64,000 nucleotides of DNA, taken from NCBI GenBank assembly GCA_963701295.1, contig OY969585.1:384001-448000 (forward strand). The letters are read 5' to 3'. The first letter of the stretch is position 1. Every line of letters starts with the position of its first letter. Below the pieces are notes generated by a model that saw only the letters and a program-made list of their open reading frames with translations, did no database searches and was not told the origin of the DNA. Shown in pieces: positions 21,139 to 29,928 of the stretch. The stretch comes from Ignavibacteriota bacterium (GTDB lineage: Bacteria > Bacteroidota > Ignavibacteria > UBA10030). The position numbers and the translations under genes are program-made.

Positions 21139-23046
21139 ATGAAGAAGAATACTTTGCAAAAACACAATTGGAAGGTTATCTTGCTGCTGGTCGTCGTCTG
21201 TTGTGTGATCAGCATTGCGAGTTGGGAGTTCCTCTTCTCCCAGAACGACTCCTCAGATGGAATTGTCTTTCGTGCAGTAGCGTTTGCGGATGCAAAAACG
21301 GTTATCGCCGTCGGGGATAGCGGAACCGTTGCACGTTCAACGGATCAAGGCGGTACGTGGTCTGTATGGCAAAATATGAACCGCCTCACAATACCCTTGA
21401 ACGGAATCTGTTTTACAGATCCAACACATGGATTTGCGGTTGGCGCAAATGGCACTCTCCTTATAACGACAAATGGCGGAACAACTTGGATCAATAAACT
21501 TGTGAGCGCAAGTGTAAATTTCCGATCTATCTTTTTCAGTGACGCAAAAACGGGTACTATCGTTGGCAATAATGGTTCCATTTTTCGAACTCTCGACGGC
21601 GGAAGTACATGGCTCACACAAATAAGCAACATTCATTTGAACCTCAACGACGTCTCCTTTGTAGACAACGAAACAGGTATCATCGTCGGCGATCGAGGAA
21701 CTATCCTCCGCACAACAGACGGTGGAGAGAATTGGACGAATCTTTCATCTTCATTTATCACGTATAATTTTTATTCAGTTTCTTTTTCCGAATTGAAAAA
21801 TGGTATCATCGTAGGAGAGAATGGAACTATCCTCTATACAATCAATGGTGGTGAAAATTGGACATTAGAGCCCAGCGGCACCACAGAAACACTTTTCTGC
21901 AATGCCTTCCCTTCTGCAAATTTTTCCGCAGCAGTTGGCAACGCTGCTACGATTCTCGTTTCCCATACAAAGGGAACGAATTGGCTGCGGCAAAAAAGTA
22001 GTACACGTAAAGCACTTCTTTCGGCAGCGTTCATTGATGCAAAAATCGGGGTTGCAGTCGGGGCAAAGCAAACCATCATTCGGACAACAGACGGCGCAAC
22101 TTCCTGGAATGTTTCTACACTTATTCTCGAAAAGCCTATCGAGCTTTCAATCGCTGAGTTACTTCCTCGGGACAGGTATTCCAAAAACAATATTGCAGTC
22201 GCTGTCGGCGCAAACGGTGCTCTCTTTCAATCTAAAGATTTTGGTGCAAGTTGGATCAAGGTGACTAGTAAGAGCGAGAATACTCTGATGACGGTCACAT
22301 CAATAGATCAGACGAGTATGATGGCTGTAGGAAACGGTGGTGTCGTTCTCCGTTCGGACGATGCAGGAACAACATGGACTCCACAAATAAGCACAACGTT
22401 TCGCCCACTTTTCCGCGCTTGCTTTACCCAGAGCGATTCTGGCATTATTGTGGGTGATTACGGAATTATGCTAAGAACATCGAACGGCGGAACAACATGG
22501 TCGAAAATTTCTTCGGGAACGATCAACCATCTGCGCGATATAGTATTTTCTGATAACCAAACCGGAATTGCAGTCGGAGCAATGGGAACCATCTTGAGTA
22601 CAACAGACAGAGGAACGACTTGGATATCACAGGTAAGTGGAACGTCCAGTTGGCTTTCCGCTGTCTCGCCGCTCGATAAAGCATCCTTCATCGCTGTCGG
22701 TGCCGATGGCACCATCCTTCGGACAACCAATAAGGGTGCAACGTGGACAGCACAACCAAGCGGAACAACGAAGGAATTGTTAAATGTGTCCTTCTCCGAT
22801 ACAGCAAACGGATTTGTCGTGGGAGTAGAAGGGACAATTCTACGCACACAAAATGGAGGCACCAAGTGGATTTCTCTTGAAAGCGACTCCACAAATGATT
22901 TGCGGGCGGTTCAATTCTTTGATAAACAGCAAGGCATCATCGTCGGAATGAACGGTACAATCCTGAAAACAACAGACAGCGGAACTACTTGGATAAAAGT
23001 AGAGACAGACTTTCCATTATCTCTCTTTGGTTTAGCAATTAATTGA
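21139..23046 (+). CDS. Exported Ycf48/BNR-repeat protein with 14 repeats (probably two 7-bladed beta-propellers)
   Basis: N-terminal signal/TM segment, then 14 copies of F.D...G.IVG..GTIL.T.(D/N)GG.TW arranged 7 + linker + 7. Confidence 0.85.
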   Translation: MKKNTLQKHNWKVILLLVVVCCVISIASWEFLFSQNDSSDGIVFRAVAFADAKTVIAVGDSGTVARSTDQGGTWSVWQNMNRLTIPLNGICFTDPTHGFAVGANGTLLITTNGGTTWINKLVSASVNFRSIFFSDAKTGTIVGNNGSIFRTLDGGSTWLTQISNIHLNLNDVSFVDNETGIIVGDRGTILRTTDGGENWTNLSSSFITYNFYSVSFSELKNGIIVGENGTILYTINGGENWTLEPSGTTETLFCNAFPSANFSAAVGNAATILVSHTKGTNWLRQKSSTRKALLSAAFIDAKIGVAVGAKQTIIRTTDGATSWNVSTLILEKPIELSIAELLPRDRYSKNNIAVAVGANGALFQSKDFGASWIKVTSKSENTLMTVTSIDQTSMMAVGNGGVVLRSDDAGTTWTPQISTTFRPLFRACFTQSDSGIIVGDYGIMLRTSNGGTTWSKISSGTINHLRDIVFSDNQTGIAVGAMGTILSTTDRGTTWISQVSGTSSWLSAVSPLDKASFIAVGADGTILRTTNKGATWTAQPSGTTKELLNVSFSDTANGFVVGVEGTILRTQNGGTKWISLESDSTNDLRAVQFFDKQQGIIVGMNGTILKTTDSGTTWIKVETDFPLSLFGLAIN

Positions 23047-23684
23047 AGCCGCTCTCTCGTTCCTTTTATCTCCAGCCCACACTTCAGGTCGCGCAAGAAC
23101 TTCTCGGCAAGTATTTCATTCGTCGGATTGGCAAAAATCTGCTGATCGGCAAAATAGTAGAAGTTGAAGCGTATCGCAGCAACGATCCGGCGTCTCACTC
23201 TTTTCGCGGAAAAACGAACCGAAACAGCGTGATGTTTTACGAAGGCGGACATCTTTATGTCTATTTCACCTACGGTATGCACTTCTGCGCAAATATTGTC
23301 ACCGGTAAAGAAGGCATTGGTGAAGCAGTGCTCATTCGTGCTGTCGAACCTTTGGTTGGAATTGAAGTCATGACAAAGAACCGAAAGAAGTATTTGAGTA
23401 GTGGAGTAGTTGAGCCGTTGAGCGGAAAGAATAAAAAGATAGGAGGGGATTCTCTTCCCAACATTCTCATTAATCTTACTAACGGTCCGGCAAAATTCTG
23501 CCAGGCATTTGGTATTGCACGTCAAGAAAATGGTCTGGACTTACTCGATAACGAAATCAGTATCACCGATGGCGAACCTGTATCTTCAAAACTTATCAAA
23601 CGTTCATCACGAATCGGAATTCAACAAGGAGTAGAAAAGAAGTGGAGATTTTTTGTTGCGGAAAATTCGTGGGTATCAAAATAA
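23043..23684 (+). CDS. mpg: DNA-3-methyladenine glycosylase (MPG/AAG family)
   Basis: IVEVEAY, DPASH, YVYFTYGMHFC, AVLIRA, NGPAK, RIGI, WRF. Confidence 0.93.
   Translation: MKPLSRSFYLQPTLQVAQELLGKYFIRRIGKNLLIGKIVEVEAYRSNDPASHSFRGKTNRNSVMFYEGGHLYVYFTYGMHFCANIVTGKEGIGEAVLIRAVEPLVGIEVMTKNRKKYLSSGVVEPLSGKNKKIGGDSLPNILINLTNGPAKFCQAFGIARQENGLDLLDNEISITDGEPVSSKLIKRSSRIGIQQGVEKKWRFFVAENSWVSK
23394..23425 (+). repeat. Four tandem 8-mers inside mpg
   Basis: TTGAGTAG TGGAGTAG TTGAGCCG TTGAGCGG. Confidence 0.6.
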
Positions 23685-23699
23685 GAATTGAGGACATGA

Positions 23700-26624
23700 C
23701 TAATTCAAACTGAGTGTTTCTTTTAGATACTGTCCCGTGTACGATCGTTGATTCTTTGCTATTTGCTCCGGTGTTCCTTCGGCAACAATCTCTCCGCCTT
23801 CATCTCCGCCTTCAGGGCCTAAATCTATTACCCAATCTGCCGTTTTGATGACGTCGAGATTATGTTCGATCACGATAACGGTATTTCCTTTATCAACCAG
23901 TCTATTGAGAACGAGCAGCAGCATCCGGATATCTTCAAAATGTAACCCTGTCGTTGGCTCATCCAGAATATACAGAGTCTTTCCGGTACCGATTTTCGAA
24001 AGTTCAGTCGAGAGTTTTACACGCTGTGCTTCACCGCCGGATAATGTTGTCGCTTGCTGGCCGAGCCGGATGTACCCCAATCCGACATCATGGAGCGTTT
24101 GCAGGTGTCTCTGGATGCGCGGCAGTTCACTGAACAATATCATCGCTTCATCTACGGTCATATTCAGCACATCGGCAATCGATTTTCCCTTGTAATGCAC
24201 TTCAAGCGTTTCTCGATTATATCGTTTGCCCATACAAACATCGCAGAGAACATAGACGTCTGGCAAAAAATTCATTTCTATTTTCCGGACCCCATCGCCT
24301 TCACAATTTTCGCATCTGCCGCCTTTTACATTGAAACTAAAACGTCCCGCTTTATAACCGCGTATTTGCGCTTCCGGTAACTTCGTAAATAAATCCCTTA
24401 TCAGCGTGAACAACCCGGTATAAGTTGCCGGATTTGAACGCGGCGTTCTGCCAACGGCTGATTGATCGATATCGATAATCTTGTCAATGTGCTGTATTCC
24501 ATCCACGGATTTGTATGGAAGAGGAACAAGCTTAGACTTATAAAACTTTCTGGAAAGAATCGGAAAAAGAGTCTCATTGATGATCGTGGATTTGCCGGAC
24601 CCGCTGACACCGGTGACACAAACGAGTGTACCGAGTCGAATCTGCAGCGACATATCTTTCAGGTTATTGCCCGTTGCTCCTTTCACTATGAGCGATTTGC
24701 CATTGCCTTGGCGTCGTGCAGGTGGAATTTCGATTTTATGTTCACCCCTGAGATAAGCGGTGGTGAGTGATTGATGATTTGAGATTTTTGATGTCAAATT
24801 TGAGTTATTTTTTCCATTTTGTCTTTTAAATTCTGTATTCTGACTTCTGCCTTCTGACTTCTGTCTTCTCAATTGTTCCGGCGTTCCTGTCACCACGACT
24901 TGTCCGCCATGTTCCCCGGCACGCGGGCCAAGGTCAACGACATAGTCCGCGCTTTCAATCATCTCTTTGTCATGTTCGACAACGATGACGGTATTTCCTA
25001 GATCGCGAAGCGACTTGAGTGATTCGATCAACTTGATATTGTCACGCTGGTGCAAGCCGATGCTTGGTTCATCAAGAATATAAAGTACACCGACAAGCTG
25101 TGCTCCAATCTGCGTTGCTAATCGGATACGCTGTCCTTCACCTCCGGAAAGAGTGCGGGCAGGACGATTCAACGTGAGATAGTTTAATCCAACATTCAAC
25201 AAGAAATCGAGACGCTGCCGGATTTCTTTTACTATCTGATGGGCTATATCCGTTTGACGAGGTGTCAATGAGACATCCTCGAACAATTGTTTCGCTTGTG
25301 TGATAGACATCTGTACGACATCGTGAATATTCGTTTTCTTGCCGGTCTTTGTATCTTCTAAACGAATGGCAAGACTTTCTTTCCGTAATCGTCCGCCTTG
25401 GCATGCATTACATGGACTCGTCGTCATAAACGATTCTACCCAATCATGCACTTGATGTGAAGAGCTGTCTTCATACCACCTTTCCAGCATTTTAAGAAGC
25501 CCTTCGAAACGATGCTTATAGATTTGCACTCGCCCGGTGCTGTGCTCGTATTCGATTTCTAATTTCTCACCATGCGATCCATGAAACAAAACGTCACGCG
25601 CTTCTTGAGAAATCTTTTTCATAGGTGTATCGAAGTCAAATCCATATTTTTTAGCGACAGCCTGAATCTGATTGAACATCCATGTCGAACGCGGTTTCCC
25701 CATCGGGGCAAGTCCTTCTTGATTGATGGAAAGGTTTTCATCCGGAAGAATCAATTTCATATCGAATGATCGCAATTCACCGAGGCCTTCGCACTTTGGA
25801 CAATAGCCAGCCGGTGTATTGAATGAGAATGAGCTTGGCGCCGGCTCCTCGTAGCTGATGCCGCACTCATGACATGAAGATTTCTGACTGAAGAGTTGAT
25901 CTTTCTCGCCGTCATTAACGATGAGAACACCCGTTCCAAATCGAAGCGCAAGCTCAACCGAGTCTGCTACACGCGGTCGCATTTCCTTCTTCAAAACAAT
26001 TCTATCGATAACGATTTCAATCGTATGGACCTTGTAGCGGTCAACCTTCCACCCTTTTTCAATTTGCTTCACTTGCCCGTCAATACGAACGCGGAGAAAT
26101 CCGTCTTTCAGAATGCTTTCAAATAATTCCCGATAATGCCCTTTGCGTCCTTTCACCACCGGAGCAAGGATTTGGAGTTTCGTACCGGTCGGATACTCCA
26201 GGATTGCCTCGATGATTTGATCGACTGATTGCCTTTGGACTTTACGTCCGCAAGAATAACAAAACTGTGTGCCGATCCGTGCAAAGAGCAAGCGGAGATA
26301 GTCATATACTTCTGTTACCGTACCAACTGTGGAACGCGGATTGGTGCTGATGGTTTTCTGTTCAATAGAAATTGATGGACTGAGCCCTTCGATGAGATCA
26401 ACATCTGGACGTTCCATGACATCAAGAAATTGACGCGCGTATGCAGAAAGACTTTCAACATAACGGCGTTGTCCTTCGGCATAGATTGTATCAAAAGCCA
26501 AACTCGACTTGCCAGATCCGGAAAGTCCGGTAATGACGGTCAGCGAATCACGCGGGATATCAACGTCGATATTCTTGAGATTGTGAACACGAGCACCGCG
26601 AACTATAATCTTATCTTCAGCCAA
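23700..26624 (-). CDS. uvrA: Excinuclease ABC subunit A
   Basis: Two ABC cassettes ([17 protein letters not shown]; [17 protein letters not shown]) and zinc fingers. Confidence 0.98.
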   Translation of the reverse strand: MAEDKIIVRGARVHNLKNIDVDIPRDSLTVITGLSGSGKSSLAFDTIYAEGQRRYVESLSAYARQFLDVMERPDVDLIEGLSPSISIEQKTISTNPRSTVGTVTEVYDYLRLLFARIGTQFCYSCGRKVQRQSVDQIIEAILEYPTGTKLQILAPVVKGRKGHYRELFESILKDGFLRVRIDGQVKQIEKGWKVDRYKVHTIEIVIDRIVLKKEMRPRVADSVELALRFGTGVLIVNDGEKDQLFSQKSSCHECGISYEEPAPSSFSFNTPAGYCPKCEGLGELRSFDMKLILPDENLSINQEGLAPMGKPRSTWMFNQIQAVAKKYGFDFDTPMKKISQEARDVLFHGSHGEKLEIEYEHSTGRVQIYKHRFEGLLKMLERWYEDSSSHQVHDWVESFMTTSPCNACQGGRLRKESLAIRLEDTKTGKKTNIHDVVQMSITQAKQLFEDVSLTPRQTDIAHQIVKEIRQRLDFLLNVGLNYLTLNRPARTLSGGEGQRIRLATQIGAQLVGVLYILDEPSIGLHQRDNIKLIESLKSLRDLGNTVIVVEHDKEMIESADYVVDLGPRAGEHGGQVVVTGTPEQLRRQKSEGRSQNTEFKRQNGKNNSNLTSKISNHQSLTTAYLRGEHKIEIPPARRQGNGKSLIVKGATGNNLKDMSLQIRLGTLVCVTGVSGSGKSTIINETLFPILSRKFYKSKLVPLPYKSVDGIQHIDKIIDIDQSAVGRTPRSNPATYTGLFTLIRDLFTKLPEAQIRGYKAGRFSFNVKGGRCENCEGDGVRKIEMNFLPDVYVLCDVCMGKRYNRETLEVHYKGKSIADVLNMTVDEAMILFSELPRIQRHLQTLHDVGLGYIRLGQQATTLSGGEAQRVKLSTELSKIGTGKTLYILDEPTTGLHFEDIRMLLLVLNRLVDKGNTVIVIEHNLDVIKTADWVIDLGPEGGDEGGEIVAEGTPEQIAKNQRSYTGQYLKETLSLN
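24816..24871 (+). repeat. Eight tandem heptamers inside uvrA
   Basis: ATTTTGT CTTTTAA ATTCTGT ATTCTGA CTTCTGC CTTCTGA CTTCTGT CTTCTCA. Confidence 0.75.
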
Positions 26625-26682
26625 CTTGAGTTCTTCACCAGGAGGTATAAATTCGATGTTTACGTTTGGAGTCTGCTATTCC

Positions 26683-26787
26683 ATAACACTTTATCTTCTC
26701 AACTACTCAAAATACTCTGCACCAAAGGCGCACAAGCCCGCTATGCAGTTTGGCGGGTCCGGCTCTAGCGGAAAAGACTCATCTACT
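26683..26787. repeat. About 100 bp palindrome-containing repeat, copy 1
   Basis: CTTCTCAACTACT..ACTCTGCACCAAAGG..CCCGCTATGCAGTTTGGCGGGTCCGGCTCTAGCGGAAAAGACTC; matches 27715-27848. Confidence 0.85.
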
Positions 26788-26790
26788 CAC

Positions 26791-27687
26791 TCAGTTCATC
26801 CGCTTCCGTTTATTCAAATACTCAAATAATGCCTTGTCGAATGGTGTGCTGGTATCCAACAATATATAGTCAATATTGTTGTCTCTGCATTGCCGCTTAT
26901 AAAAATCGAGAAACTCCTGCATGGATTGCTGATATGCTTTTTGAATATGCCATGGCTGTGTCATCAACTCTTCTTGTGTTTCTAAATCTTTAAAGATCGC
27001 ATCATTGCCAAACGCAAAGGATCGCTCCAATGGATCCAGCACCTGCATAACAACAACTTCATTTCCTTTATGGCGAAAATGTTTCAGAGCCGTGATCACC
27101 GATTCCGGTTTGTCAAAACAATCGCTTAAAACAATGACTAGGCCGCGTCGCTTCATTTGCTCAGCAATTAGATGAAGGGCCACTGCAGTTCCGGTTTTGT
27201 TTGCCGGTCGGGCAGATTCCAATTCTTTCAGTAACTCTTTTAAGTACGAACGAGTCGCTCGAGGCGGGAGTGAAACGCGCACTTCTTCATCGAACAATGT
27301 CAATCCGACAGCATCGCGTTGCTCAATCATTAAGTACGATAACGCGGCTGCTATATAGGAAACATATTCGAATTTCTTAATATTTCCTTTTGATGCATAA
27401 TCCATCGACCGGCTTGCATCAACGATGAGATACGATTTGAGATTCGTCTCTTCCTCAAATTGTTTGATGTAGAAGCGATCCGTTTTCCCATACGCCTTCC
27501 AATCAATGTGCTTGATTTCATCTCCTGGCATATATTGGCGATGCTCGGTAAACTCCACACTAAAACCGTGGTAAGGACTTTTATGGAGGCCCGTGATGAA
27601 TCCCTCCACGACCAAACGAGCGCGTAACTCCATATTCGCAAGCTGTGCTACAACAGCAGGTTGAAGATATTTAAGAGATTCATTCAA
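26791..27687 (-). CDS. DUF58 domain protein (VWA-like, normally MoxR-associated)
   Basis: GLHKSPYHGFSVEFTEHRQYMPGD, IDWKAYGK, IKQFEEET, DASRSM. Confidence 0.92.
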   Translation of the reverse strand: MNESLKYLQPAVVAQLANMELRARLVVEGFITGLHKSPYHGFSVEFTEHRQYMPGDEIKHIDWKAYGKTDRFYIKQFEEETNLKSYLIVDASRSMDYASKGNIKKFEYVSYIAAALSYLMIEQRDAVGLTLFDEEVRVSLPPRATRSYLKELLKELESARPANKTGTAVALHLIAEQMKRRGLVIVLSDCFDKPESVITALKHFRHKGNEVVVMQVLDPLERSFAFGNDAIFKDLETQEELMTQPWHIQKAYQQSMQEFLDFYKRQCRDNNIDYILLDTSTPFDKALFEYLNKRKRMN

Positions 27688-27714
27688 TACAGTTTTCAGC
27701 AGGCATACGCTTCG

Positions 27715-27848
27715 ATAACTTAACTTCTCAATTACTAACTACTCTACGCCAAAGGTTGCTTACACTCCAAAGCTTCAGCAACGGAGCGCATGCCAACCCG
27801 CTATGCAGTTTGGCGAATCCGCCTTTGGCGGAAAAAGACTCTTCTACT
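27715..27848. repeat. About 100 bp palindrome-containing repeat, copy 2 (with an extra ~30 bp internal segment)
   Basis: CTTCTCAATTACT..ACTCTACGCCAAAGG[insert]CCCGCTATGCAGTTTGGCGAATCCGCCTTTGGCGGAAAAAGACTC; the ends CGCCAAAGG and CCTTTGGCG are inverted repeats. Confidence 0.85.
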
Positions 27849-28362
27849 TCTTCTTTCCTTTCTTCATAGGCTTCGTCTCTTCTTGTGCTAACTGTGTCTG
27901 TGCTTTTAAAATTTCAGTCGGATCTTTTCCAAGATTATTCAGCTCAAATTGTGCCGACACGACAAGTTGGTTTGTCGGATACCGATTTATAAAATCTTCG
28001 TACGCGATACGCGCGGAGTCGATATTCTTCAAATCATTATTGTAAATGAAGCCTATGAGAAACGATGCGCTGGGCGAAGTGGCATGGTTTGGATACTTCT
28101 CAACAAGCTGCCGAAATGTTTGAATTGCCTGGTGATATGATTGCTTATGATTCTGATAAATTGTTGCTATGGCATAATATGCCTCCGGTGCGCGGGTACT
28201 GTCCGGGTATGCTATAACCAGTTCTCGATACAAATCGATGGCAGCATCGTACTGTTCGGCTTTCTGTGCATCTACTCCCTTATTGAACATCTCCTCAGCG
28301 CTGGGCTTCGAGCAACCGGTGAGAGCGAACATCAGGAACAAAGTGGACAAAATGAATTTCAT
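27844..28362 (-). CDS. TPR lipoprotein (BamD/CpoB-like)
   Basis: Lipobox LTGC; three TPR units each ending YP(D/N). Confidence 0.85.
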   Translation of the reverse strand: MKFILSTLFLMFALTGCSKPSAEEMFNKGVDAQKAEQYDAAIDLYRELVIAYPDSTRAPEAYYAIATIYQNHKQSYHQAIQTFRQLVEKYPNHATSPSASFLIGFIYNNDLKNIDSARIAYEDFINRYPTNQLVVSAQFELNNLGKDPTEILKAQTQLAQEETKPMKKGKKK

Positions 28363-28468
28363 AGCACGATCCTTTCTTTTGTATTATTTAAATCTTCAGC
28401 CCTCATATCGAACAACTGAATACCGACGGCTGATACCTGCTTTATAGTATTAAAACATCTCTGGAGAA

Positions 28469-29807
28469 TCAACGAATCATCTGCTTCTTCATAACAGCAC
28501 AAAAAAATCCGTCAGTTTTTTGAATATGCGGAAAAAGCTTAAAGAATGAATCTGTTGAAGTTCCTCCCATACTCTGCACGAGTGGTACATCTGCATCGAG
28601 CTTTACGATAGTGAATTCAGGGTGCAGCTTTAAGAATTCTTCAATCACCTCTTCATTTTCTTGTCTCAGCAGTGTACACGTCGCGTATACCAATCTTCCT
28701 TCCGGTTTCACAAGCGGTACGGATGAATTCAGAATGGCTTTCTGTTTTTCCGACACTTCCCTGACAGTCTGTTCCGTCACTATCCATTTCATTCCCGGAT
28801 TGCGGCGAATTGTTCCCAATCCGGAGCACGGTGCATCCACAAACACAATGTCGAAGAAATCCTTATAGCGATCCACAAGGTCTTCTATTGTTTCAATTTC
28901 CTGCACACGGACATTCTGCACACCGGCACGTTTGGTGCGTTTGCGGAGTTCTTCAAGTCGGAATCCATTGATGTCCGTTGCAAATATTTCCCCGCGGTTT
29001 TTCATAAGTGCTGCAAGTTCCAGGGTTTTTCCCCCTGCCCCTGCACAAACATCCAGTGACTTTTACATTCGGTTTCGGATCAAGAATAATCGGCAAGAGC
29101 TGACTTCCCTCATCTTGCACTTCAAACCATCCATCTCGAAACACCGGAAGGGAAAATACATTTATCCGTTTTGTAATATTGAGGCCAACCAGCGACAGAG
29201 AAGTTCTCGTTGTTTCTACACCTTGTTTCCGCAATTCTTCCTGACATTGTTCAACACTTGCCTTCAACGTGTTCACACGCAGAGTCAACGGTGCTTGCTC
29301 ATTGAGACTTGAACAAATCTTTTCTGCTTCACTCTCTCCATATTGTTGAATAAATCTCTCCACTATCCAATCGGGAAATGAATACTCTATCCCAATTCTT
29401 TGAATGACGGATTCTACTGAAATTGTTGTCGGTTTCATCAGATTTGTTAAAAGGAGTGCAACATTTTCTCTTGCTTGCACGCTTGTAAGTCTTGGTAAAA
29501 GTACTTCAGGAGTTATTTCTAGAATTTTTCCCTCAAAAGATAAATAGGCAACGATAAGAAGGGCTATTTTATCGTCATTCAGAAGATTGTCGTTGACTCC
29601 TGCAAGCGCTGTGGTGAGATGATACTCGCACTTCCGCAAATGGCGTAATGTCCCATACGTTGTCTCCGCAATAAACCGCCGGTCATGCGAACCAAGATAT
29701 TTATGCGCTCTGAAGTAGGTATCAATCAGACTATCGGCAGACCGGTCCGACTTAAAAATAATGCCAAGCAGTTCTTGCGTATGTCCGAGCAGTGATGAGA
29801 TGTTCAT
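28469..29807 (-). pseudogene. RsmB/NOL1/NOP2/Sun family RNA m5C methyltransferase, split by a 1-nt insertion (real or sequencing error)
   Basis: The upstream ORF has LRVNTLK and VQDEGSQL; the downstream ORF has DAPCSGLG, YATC and DGFF. Removing one base at 29057-29058 (AAA GTC A CTG GAT GTT TGT GCA) restores KVLDVCAGAGGKT. Confidence 0.88.
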
Positions 29808-29813
29808 AGATTT

Positions 29814-29860
29814 AAAAAGAGAATCCTTCCTCGCCAGTCATTCGGCGTGGAAGGATTCTA
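29814..29860 (-). terminator. Intrinsic terminator after clpB
   Basis: AGAATCCTTCCACGCC-loop-GGCGAGGAAGGATTCT followed by CTTTTT. Confidence 0.75.
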
Positions 29861-29928
29861 GAGTTCAACAAGATTGTTGATTGAATCACTAAGAAAAGAT
29901 AATAGATTTTATGCTCAAAATCCCAATC

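Noticed and set aside
26676-26678. TAG recoding (pyrrolysine or an alternative genetic code)
   Set aside because: TAG terminates several conserved genes here at the expected ends (e.g. yebC, nuoK, uvrA), and no pyl genes are present.
26683-27848. CRISPR array or IS element
   Set aside because: Only two copies, 1 kb apart; no spacer periodicity, cas genes or transposase.
29040-29075. Programmed ribosomal frameshifting in the rsmB-like and ABC genes
   Set aside because: No slippery heptamer, homopolymer tract or stimulatory structure at either site; single-base insertions are the simpler explanation.
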